Source: Tubulanus polymorphus
Lineage: Eukaryota > Animalia > Nemertea
Length of the DNA: 64,000 nt
Reading direction: 5' to 3'
Assembly: GCF_964204645.1 (NCBI RefSeq)
Contig: NC_134027.1
Location: forward strand, 10,014,485-10,078,484
Both the position numbers and the translations under genes were made by a program. Numbering within the stretch: position 1 is the stretch's first letter; every line of letters begins with the position of its first letter. This document shows, in pieces, positions 26,901 to 38,900 of this stretch. The notes beneath the pieces were generated by a model that was given only the letters and a program-made list of their open reading frames with translations, did no database searches and had not been told where the DNA came from.

Positions 26901-29900
26901 CGTTGACTGTTAGGATACTCGACCTCCTCTGCCCGTATATCTGCATGCTGATTGATCGATTCAGTCGATCGATTGAGAATGATGCGAATAGTGACGTCGT
27001 GTTGTTATTGATCTGTAAATATTCCGCAGGATCAGTCGGCGGCAGCTGCAGCAGCAGTGGTGGCGGCGTCGGCGGCGTCGTCGGCCTCGTCGTCGAACGC
27101 TGAAGATTTGGAACTGTCCGAGGACGACCAAATGCTTCGCGCGATCGCGATGTCACTGGGTGAGAATATCCTGATGTCAACCGACCAGGTAATTAACCAA
27201 GCATTCTGTACGTGTTCGGTATTCATTTGGCCATGGATTTTTTTATTTCGCTTGCAAGTGATTATGTCGTACAGGGTGGCCACTGACCTGGAAATCCTGC
27301 AAAACTCAAGGAATCAGAAAAAAAAAGGAAGAGCTTGGGGAACTTGAGACAAATTTTACTGAAAACTTGGAAAACTCAGGGGAATTCGGATAATTGATCG
27401 TGTGTTTCTTTATTAGTACGTGATTCAATGAAAATTGAATGAATTATAACATTTCAAATCTAGAAATTTGTCCAACTCTCTCTGGGAATTTTTTTGTGCA
27501 ATCACTTGGAAATAAATCGGGGAACACTCAGAGGATTTGTAAATGGGTTCAAAGTGGCCACCCCATTGCAAATGTCTTCGCTTCGTAAATAATGCGAGTA
27601 GATTGTATTTCATACTTTTTCCTCTGGTTCAAATCATCCATGAGCTGGTGATTGGCATCATATTTTCTTGATGGTTTTGATTCAGCAAAGATTTTCAGCC
27701 AGAAATTGTTAGCTTAGAAATGTATTTATCTGTGTGTGCCGATCGTCTGATGTTTTCAATATTAGTTGGTATGAATTGATTATTGTGGCAAAACCTGAAA
27801 TCAAACCGAGTCACTTCTCGCTCATCTTTACTCATTATTCTAGCCAATCATAAGAATTTGTGTTTAATTCGACAATTATTTCTGCAGTAGTCATTAACTT
27901 TGTAACCAAGTGAATATATGTATAAGGCTTTTTGCTCTTTGTTCAGTCCCATGGATTGAAGATCTCTATGTAGCTGCCCGATCTGTTAGTCAGGTTATTT
28001 GCTGTAAATTTCTATGCCATAAGCTTCAAACCCCAGCAAGGGAAGATAGTTTTAAGTAGCACAAGTAGAACTAGGTATCCAATATCAATAACTCTTTAAG
28101 GTAGTAAGCAGTACCTTCATACACATACATAAGCGCATCATGAAAAGAATTTTCCTCTGAGAAATTGGCGATATTCTTCTTCAGTCAAGATTGGTGATAT
28201 GATATTTTCAGGATGAAGAAAAAGAACAGAAAAAAGAGGAGGAAGATGAATCGCCACTGGAGAAAAGTGTCCTTGATCAGTTTACAAACACAGTCATGCA
28301 CGGTAATTAAATAAAGAATTAAATAATTGTTTCCTAATTAGAGTTTGGTTCAGTACATTCCGACAGTTTTGGTGTTTACCTTAGCTATACGATAAAATAC
28401 CTTATAATCTCTTTCAATGTATGAATGGGGTTACAAGTTTATCATTTTAGATTTCGGTCTTAAGGTTTAAACTTCATCACGATACAAGCATTGAATAGTT
28501 TTGATTTGACATAGAGAAATATTTGAATATTCATAGAGTTCGCATATATTACGATATTAGGTTGTTTATCATTACTGGATACTCTCCCCGAAACCGTGTA
28601 TCGTGTCTGTGACCTGCTGGTTGTCGTTACAAATCGCAATGGCCAAACATGGCGCAATGAAATGTTACAAGATCTGATGAAACAGGTCAGTAAATTTAGA
28701 AATATTGTTTTATCTTGTTTTGATGACCGATGCATTTTGATGACTATGACTGAATCATAATTTAAAACTCTTGAAGACTGGTTGAGATGTATTAAGTGTT
28801 CAACAACAAGTTGAAATTTGTACATTTTTACTCGTATGTTAATCATGCTCTTACGATTTATTTTCAGATCTGTGAGTTGTCCATAACACTAGTGGAACTT
28901 TCGGCTCCATTAACCGTATCAGACTCCTGCAATATCCAAGAATGGGCCAGTCATCTATCAACAGTAGCAAACGCTTCGAAACTCGCTACACGCTTACATT
29001 TATTGAGTCTGCTGTTTGAGGTAACGAGTTTTCTCCAGTTCGAGGGTCGGTTGCTCAAAAGTTGGTTAAAGATAACCGGCGGATAAATACCATAGTAACA
29101 ATGAAATTTTAATTGTCAATATGTCAATTATCCACTAGATAACTGTAAACAACTTGAATAAAATCATTAGCCAGGCCTGTTATTATCATATATTTCTACT
29201 ATGGAACCATTATATATCTATTGGATATTAGTTATGATGGATAAAGGTTTTGATACGTAGTAATGTTGTTCTTTTTGTTCAGGAAATGAAAGTACCATGT
29301 GCTGAAGCATTAGAGAAGGCAGGGCTTATCGATCAACTTGTCGCTTTGTTAGATGCCTCTCAACAGTGTCTCAGTATCGCCAAAGTAACGACTACTCCAA
29401 AGTAGGTTGACAAGCCATAAAAACTTCATAGTTAATCATAGAGTAGCTGCCTCCATAAATGCTCCTATGAAATGACGTACATCTAATCAAATTGCGTGCC
29501 TAATTTCACGGATGAATTGATTATTTCTAGATGGATAGCTCCCATGCTACTGCTGATCGACCAGTATGAAAGAGTTTCCATATCATGTCAACGAAAGTCT
29601 GCAATCAAGCACCTTCTGGTAAGAACTGAATTGTCATACTTAGCTGCCAAAAGTTCCTGATTTTGATCTATAGCAGTAGTTTTTCGATAATTTGGAATTT
29701 ATTTGCTGCGAAAAGTCGATCTTGTGCATCTTCCAAGATGAATTTCCAGTATTAGAAAATTTGAAACATGATTTCTTTTGTCATGCGTGAACACATAGTA
29801 TTTGTTTAAGATGAATGAATCACGTTGATGTTGCAGGGTGAGGCTCATACATGGAAGTGGTTTGACGATCGCGGTGGTAGATGGTGTACTTACAGCGCGA

Positions 29901-32900
29901 GCAACAATAAAAGTATCGATGACGCGTATAGAGCGGGAGAGACCAGTGTACGGTAAGTCTTCATTGAAATCAGGCGTTCGATTGATGTGAACAAATTAAT
30001 GTATGATCCTTAAAATGCCGTATACCATGGGGCACATTACACAAGCCAAGTTAACAAGCTTAACATGTTCTGTTAAAGTTTAAGAAATTTCATTCTAATC
30101 TGTCCAGATTGTGTTCAATAACCATTTATGTTAGTGTTCCTTGAAATTTAAAATGTGAAAATCCTAGTATTTTGTTATGAAAAAAATGTTAAAAACGCCA
30201 ATTGTAATGATATGAGAAAACATGAGAAAATTCTGGACTTCATCTATCTGACCCATGAGAGATTTAGCTGAGATTTTTAGATTCCTACCGGAAGTGTCAT
30301 AGTCTACGATAACATTAAAAAACTTGCCTAGTAATTAGTAATGATTATGAGAGCAAAATAAGTGGATGGTTGAATGATATTTCTTTTTTTGCAGATTTAC
30401 CGCTGGTCGACGTAGATACACAGTGCATTTCAACTCGATGGTTCAAGTCAATGAAGAGACCGGAAATAGACGGCCGATCATGCTCTCATTACCGACGAAA
30501 GAAGAAAAGGAAAAAGCGGCCAAAGAACGCGAAAAGAAAGAAGAGAATGCTCCTAAAGATGAAAACAAGGATAAGAAAGGTATAAAGGTTATTGACGAAA
30601 TTGAATTTTAAAATAGACTGGTCGCCCAAAGCCTTGAATTATCACTGGCCCTGCTTCAAGATTGGTTGCTGCTTTTCCATGGATCTTAGTTGTTAACTTA
30701 GTGCAAATGAAGTTAATAATCTGAGATAGAATTGTTATCGTGAAGTGATTGATTCATATTTGTAGATGAAGATGCTGCTGCAAGTGCTATGGATACTAGT
30801 TGCGACATTTCGGAGAAGATATCCAACATCATTTGTCTACTTCCTGACCAGATTGCCAGCATTATCAGGTAAATAGCTTCACTCATTTGTGCAAAACAGA
30901 AAACCGTGCTCAGGTTCACTTACAGATGTCATACTGTGAATAAGTATTCAAGATACAGCTGGCCCATATTTGCTTAATTTTCCTAGTCACTGAATACATC
31001 CATCTAACCAAATCCCGATGTATAGGGCTTCTAATAGACATGTCTTGATAGCCAGGGTCATAGAGTTTGCCTAGATTGGCTGATATCTTGTCATCTATGG
31101 CCCAGGAAAATTAGTTGTTTGGAAATATGAAAGTACATATACTGATAATAGAAACGTATGACATTTTTAGGTCATGTTGCGGCTTAATCGGTATTCCGGT
31201 CGAACCGGACAGTTTGCACGCTGTAATGAGATTACTACTGAGGTTAACGCGTGAACACAAATACGCCGTGCTGTTCGCCGAACTCGACGGCCCGAAACTG
31301 TTGCTCGGTTTGAATCAGTCGTCGGCGTTCCAAGGTTTTACGTCGTTGGCTACGTTGCTGCTGCGTCATGTCATGGAAGAACCGACCACGTTGAGACAGA
31401 CGATGGAACGCGTATGTATTATTCATTACTCGCACAATTTTTATTATCGTCTCAATTTTGCAAATGATGCAATTATCAATGGATCCTTCATATCACACCA
31501 ATAAAGTACTCTCGGTGTGGGAATGAGTGATTTTAATGTTATTCTGATGCGAAATCTTTCTACTTCTTCGGTGAAGTTAGGAATTTCATTCATGCTATTC
31601 AGCATGAAATGAAATACCGATAAGTCTACAATAATATATAAAGTCTATTGAATGAAAGTTTTGTGCTCTAAGATGCAAGTTCATCGTTTTACATGGAATA
31701 AGAACTTGCTGAATGTAATTGCTATTCAGCTATTAATTCGACTTCACAATTCGTAACTTACTCCATATTTACTTTTGATTTTGTGATTACGTAGTGGGAA
31801 TGATAGCTAATGACATATAAGCAGACTTGATAGTAATTCATTCCAGTTTATTGGTTTCCAGTCTCGAATAGGCTTAAAATCTTCTTGAAAACTCATTATA
31901 TCTAGGAATGACTAATCTGTAGGTCCAGAATCGGCTTAGGCAGATCGGACTTGTGCCTGCCTTGAATATTTAATCATACATACAGCTTGCTATGTTTGTA
32001 TGTTTATTTATAGGTCGTTCGTCATCCACAATCAGGCAACAATTCCAGCGTAACCGGCGTCGCTCACTCGAGCATCGGTGCCATTGAAATGCACTACGTT
32101 CTACGTGTTCTCAGTCCAGCTGCGTGCCGGTGCCCTGATCTGTTCAAACAAGTAGCGAAGGACGTATATCGTATAGCCTTGACACACACGTCATCAGCGC
32201 TTCAAGGTTTGTATATTTTCATTCGGTTTTAGTAAATTTTCATCGCATTTGGTTTAGTTTATCGTTGACGGTTCTTTTTTTTGCAGATGAGAGCCGTTTG
32301 TCATCTCAAAACGCGGCTCAAATCCTGAAAATCTCTCCGCTCGGTCAACAGAAACCGGTTGAAATGGGCGAACAGGTGCAACGAGTTGTACACGAGTTGC
32401 TCAAAGGACTAGCAATGCAGTACATCATTCCAAAAGAAGAAAGTGAGTTTCGCGAAGATACGAAAATCGAATGTTACTTCGATTTGTTGTGGCTTAGACC
32501 CTTTTTGAAACAAAAGAATGTGGAAACAATTCTAGAGAATTTTATCTACGTGAAGTTCTACCTCATTCAGTAAATATATTGAGATTTCAGACGATTCAGT
32601 GTCAATGAAATTTATCTGCTTTATGAGACACTCGAATTCTACAATTCATGTATTCAAATGAAGTGCACTGCAATAATTTCTGAATTTAATATCATTGAGT
32701 GTTCGTCACTGTTAGCTCTATTAGTTAAGCTGAATTGTCAGATAAATAGATATATGAATTAGAAACATTATTTGAAAACTAATGTGACGATGTGGAAACA
32801 AGCCATGAATCTGAATTGACAAATTATGATCATCATTCAGATAATGGTGGAAATGCAGCAACTTCGGCGTCCAGCTCGGCCGTGAAACCTGCTCAGACGT

Positions 32901-35900
32901 TAGAAGAGGCGATACAAGAGGTGGTGAATGAAGTGGCACGAGAGATTACAGACGGACAAGATATCATGTGTACGCAGATTGTACGTCAGGATAGCAATAT
33001 CGACTTACACGCGCAGGACGATGACAATTCGAATCAAGTTTCAGAGGTGAAAATTTGAATATAAAGGGTTATTTTATTTAGGGACTGGAACTAGAATAAG
33101 CAGGTGGAGAAAGATGTGAAAAATCCAGGTTTTATTTGGTGAAAAAATATGAAAAAGTTAAAATGGATGGTGTAGAAAAATGTGAAAATTCCACTTAACA
33201 CCCATCTTGCTCCTATATCGGGGAAATAGGTGGAATCTTCAGAAAATCTTTTCTGCAATTTTGCAAATGATGCAGTTATCAATGGATCCTTCATATCACA
33301 CCAATAAAGTACTCTCGGTGTGGGCATGAGTGATTTCAATGTTATTCTGATGCGAAAACATCTTATTTCTCCTCTAAAATTAGAAATTTCATATACTAGT
33401 ATTTATTCATCATAAAATGAGATACATAAGAATGCGTAATTTAGATGATTGCAGAGACGTTATATAATTGAGGTGGATGTAAACGTAAATTAGGTTTTCA
33501 TGTTTAAACTTATCCCTCAATGACAATTGATTGCAACTAGATAAAACACTCCATAAGCAACATAAGCGACCTTAGATTTGAAAAAGCAATGAACGAAATC
33601 CACATTTCTTTGCAGCAACCAGTTGTTGCAACGTGTAACAGTTCATCGCTGTCCGATTCTGCGAAGGAAGCTTTGAAGGAAAAATTGGAATCGAAAACAG
33701 CGGAAGAGAAAAAGAATCGGCCGCTGATCCCTAAATCGGCGATCCTGCGATTGTTAGCCGAACTAGTGAGGTCTTATCCGCATACAGCTACCCTTATTGC
33801 GCAACATATGTTCCCCGCTGGTCTCACTGAATCAATAGCAGAGGTATGTTATTTCATTTAACCCTTTCAGTGCTGGCTAATTAATACCTGAAAGTGCTGG
33901 AAATAATTTAGAATTTTGAATAACAGGTATACCGCTATAGTGTGTATACGCCGCAGCGCATTGTAGCGTAGCATCAGTTACTTATATATCAGTTCGACAG
34001 GTGCTGCTATCTTTCAATAGAGATAAAAACTGATTACTAATTACATAAATGCACCACAATGCAGTGTACTAGCAAAGTCCATCACTGATTTATGCTCCGC
34101 ACTGTCCTATAGACGTACTGATAGGATTAATTGGACTAGTAACCCCGGAGACGTTGGAAGAACTGCATTTTGATCTTGGTATCTTCAAGTCACTGTTCTT
34201 GTCGTTTCAGGATTGCACTGTTTTGGCGTACATATTAGACAATCTGTTACCGCCCTGTCAGACTGCCGGAGATAAAGATTGTCCGGCGCTAGCGCGTGTA
34301 ATCGTAGCGAGCATGTCCGCGTGCAACAGCTGCCCGGACGCGCAAACTACTTTAGTCAACGAGATCAAAGCCGCGTTGCAACGAGCGCTCGTTTTGTCGG
34401 AAAGCGCCGAAAAACACCACAAGGTCCAGTCGCTGGCCAACGTCATCAGCATCATGATAGACTCGTGCACAGTCGCCGGGAAAGTGCCGAACCAGGTGTT
34501 CAAGGGGCAACAGGCAACGATGAACAACATGGTGAGGATTCTCGTCAAACGAGGACTGGTCACCGACTTGGCGCGTATACCGCACAGTCTCGACCTGACG
34601 AGTCCGAACATGGCAAACACGATGAACTGCGTGTTGAAACCGTTGGAAACGCTATCGCGTATCGTGAATCAGCCACAAACGGTTACTGGCGGCAACAAAA
34701 CGGCGAAGAATAAGTCGTCGGATGGAAATCTGATATTCACAGAGTCGATCGTGCATGAGGCGCCCGAGGCTATGAATTCAGCCGGTGAGTATAAATCTAG
34801 CGCCTTCGAAAGCTTGTTCATTCTTTAATCAACATCAACGAAGATTAAACGTAATCAATTTCCTCATTTCCTCAGCGAAGGATGTTAGATTAGATTAATC
34901 ATGATCAATGCTTGGAAGGTTGAAACGTTGAAACCTTTTTAGAAATCAGTAAAATATTTTGGAAATTCATTTTAAACTTAGCGTAGCATATTTCTGGGAT
35001 GCCAATTGCTCTCCAAAGGACACTTTTCTCCAGCAATTTTTCTTCAAAATTGGTCATCATTAAAATGTCAATGTTTTCTCTGAAATATGGTGGTATGTTC
35101 ATTTTCACCAACTTTCCATTTCCTTTTGGGAAAATCGAAAAAAAATCAATCATGAAATACTTGGGAAGAACTAGAATTTTGAATTCATGTGACTGTAGGA
35201 ACAATGTGTTTGATACAGATGACTTAACACTTTGTAATGAATGCAATTAAAACTCTGTAAAATCCCAGCATTATGAAGAACACGGATTTGAAATGCTTTA
35301 GCAAGATAAAATAGATGTATCGTTCTGACTCGAGAGGTTTTCGGAAATAAACTTTGAGGCATTATTCGTTTATAGAAGCGGCCACAAACGAGCGTAATAC
35401 GGCTGATTCGATCACTGCGCAGCAGGGAACAGATGTGCGAATCGAAGACGTATCCGATCATCCGAATGCCGTCGGCGATTTAGAGGAATCGATCGCGTTG
35501 AACGTCGAAGAGCCGGAGCTGCGCGTGCGCAGTTGCCGCGAAACAGATCTCGAGGAAGTTTTGGACGACCTGCTGCAACGGGAAACGTTGGACGACCCGG
35601 AAACCGAAGTATTAGGAGACATCATCATGACAAGTAAGGAAATATATACTGCAAAAAGAACCATGACAGTGTGGGTACTGACCTTGAAAACCTGAAAAAC
35701 TTTGGGGAGAAAAATCTAGGAAAAAATTGTGAGAACTCAAGGAATTTGACAAATTTTGTAAAAAAGAAAAAACCTGGAAAACTCTACTGTATTTCCAGGG
35801 AAATCGAATATTCTATTGACCACACATTTTTATCAATACGGGATTCATGAAAATGAATGAATTATAACATTTGAACCCTAGAAATATATCTGATTCTCAC

Positions 35901-38900
35901 GCAGAATTTTGTGTTGTAACATGAAATAATCAGAATTTGTAAATGGGCAGAAAGTAGCATCAGAAATCTTAACAATGATTGTTTATGGAAATTTCATCAT
36001 GTCTCTAAAATGTGGCATCATTATGCTGAAATAGATGAAAACAATTTTGACAATCATTAAAACTACTCTGGAGTTCATGCAAAAAATTGATTCTTGCAGG
36101 GTGTCTGATCAGTTCAATTCTTTAATTTCATCGATTATCGTATTATCATTTCACAGCTGAAAATAGTCAACAATCGCAAGTGGACACAGTTGTGATTGCG
36201 TCGTCGGATCCTCGTGATGCGCAAATGATCACTCAGGATATGTCCGATGACGAGGATGAAGTAGAAGATGAAGATGATGATAATATAGTTGGTAAGCAAT
36301 CCATTCATAAATGGGCATCGCTTTAACCCAGAAGAGTGATAGTGTACTACAATTTTCTGGTCATTATTTCGGTTTAGTTTCGTGCCTGGACGTCGATGAG
36401 GAAGGCGGTGAAGAGGACAACGCCGATCAGTGCAGCGTCGCCGATGAGGATACTGAAGATGAGAACGACGACGATGACGACGACGACGTTTGCGAGGACG
36501 ATGTCGATGAAAGCTACGTCGATGACGAGGAGGAAACCGAAGAAGAAGACGATGATGAGGTATTTCTATGTTCATAACTCTGTTGGAAGAGCCAAACATG
36601 AATTTTGCGAAATGCTGCTTAATTCAGATCAATTCAAACCCGATGAAATGCAAGGGTTATATACTTATATACAGTCCGATTCTACTTACGGTAAAAGATT
36701 TGATTTGCCTTGCGCATATTCCGATTCGATATATTTATTGGCATTACATATGACTTCGAGAATATTTTTGTAGCTCGTGAAGTGTAAAACATATATTGCA
36801 AATGATGCAGATATCAATGGATCCTTCATATCACACCACATAAGTACTCAAGGTGTGGAAATGAGTGATTTTAATGTTATTCTGATGCGATATATCGAAA
36901 TTCGACAATCCCAGAAACTTAGCTACCATAACAAATCAAAAGTTAGTCCATCATTCCAGATTCTTGATTCATGTTTGTGACTTTGTTCCAATTCCTACCT
37001 ATATTGCGACTATATTTCAATTGAGCTGTGATATCGAAATGAACGCTGACTCATCTCATTTACCAGGGTTCAGATATGGAGGCTGACTTCAATATGATGG
37101 ATGATTCGGTAGCTCGAATGAACGAGGATAACGACTTATTCGTACAATTGGAAGATGTTTTTCCACCAAGTAAGGATACTTTTATTCTCCTGATTCAATG
37201 TGTTGATGTTGTTCTATGATTTCAAATGTATCCGATGGCCAATGATAGATGATGATACTCATAAGGCATAAGAATCCTGTTCGAACAGTTTGAATATGTT
37301 CCTCTGGAAAATGTAGTGTGAAGTATATAAGTGTATAGGAAATGGTGTGAATGGTCATTTTGTGAGATTTTATTATATTCACCAAAGTTGCTATGCATGC
37401 TGAAAAAAGCTTTTCCAAACGCGTTTGAACAGAAAATGGGTTCATTGCGTTGGTAATAACGAGGACAATGTTAACAGTTGAATAATTTCCAAATTTCTAC
37501 CTCAGGTCAGCAGTTGGTCAGTCAGTTCCGAACGTACAGTTTCCCCATCTCGGTTCCCGAGGTCGACAACGGCAACGAAAACACGCTACCTTCGGTGCCG
37601 CCGGCGCCCTCGAACGTAACCTCCAGTCATCCGTTACTCGTACGCCATCCGGACGGTTCGACGGGCGTGTCCGGTAACATGGCGGCGCGGGTGCACCGTC
37701 TCGGGCGACAGAGAGGAACGTATCGATACAATCCGAATACTCAAACGCTTCATGTTCATTACGCAGGCAGCGGCAATAGGCATCCTAATCCTCCAGCTAT
37801 ACTTCAAAGGTGAGAGATCAAGTGTAGTTTGTGTGGCCGATGGATTTTAGTAATTGCTGTCTGGTCCTGTCAATTCACGGCGTGGTACGGGCAGTTTCTC
37901 TGTGTTTGATGCATCCCTTCCCGCGTATGTGACAGAAACAGGGCGGCCACTTACCTGGAAATCAGGGAAACGTCGGAATTTTTCTTATGTTTACAAAAGT
38001 CAGGGAATTTTGTAAAAAAGCTAAAAAGCAAAGGGAAATTCGTTGAGATAGTGATGGCACCTAAAGTAAAGCAGTTTCCGTCTATGTCTTATATATTTGA
38101 CTGTGTTAATTGATTTGTCTCTTAGCTAAAAAAATCTATTTGTGAATTCTAATTCTCTGCCAAATTGAATCCTACAATTGAACTGTCTGACACAAATCTA
38201 TGAAATTGACTCATGAAATGACTGAAACGTTGTTGGTTTTTAAGGTTGCTGGGTCCAGATTTTCTACAGCTTACAAATAGTCTTTCATCGTCGCAAGGAA
38301 ACTCATCCAATGCTCGCGTTCTCGTTTCCGATGATCTCCGTGTTATATCCTCGCGGCCCGAAGACGACATCTTCGAAGACTTGTTCCAGGTACGGTTGAA
38401 ATTGATTTGCGCACGCACTTCGCAAATGATGCAGTTATCAATGGATCCTTCATATCACACCAATAAAGTACTCTCGGTGTGGGAATGAGTGATTTCTAGG
38501 TTATTCTGATGCGGTGTCATTTATTTCTCATTAAAAGATAACACTTTTCGATTGAATTCTTCTGGGTTTGGGTAAAAAGTACGTTTCAGACAACACAAAT
38601 TTGAGAAAATACAAAACACTATGATACTTACCATTATGAAATTAGATTGTTGATATACCGTTCGCCACCATTTCCATCTTGTTACACATTTTAAATTACC
38701 AATTTCCCCACTTGGGAGTTTGGACTATAAAGTCAGGCTATTGCAGGCCATGATCAATTATTCTGAAAACAAGTCATGATTTTTTGTTTTACAAATCATT
38801 TGCCTCTTGACTGAAAATTTATTGTAAATCTTTTGTGGGTTTTAGTGCTTTGATGGCCAATGTAGAAATTGCAAGAACATGTTTTAATTGCTAAGATTCT

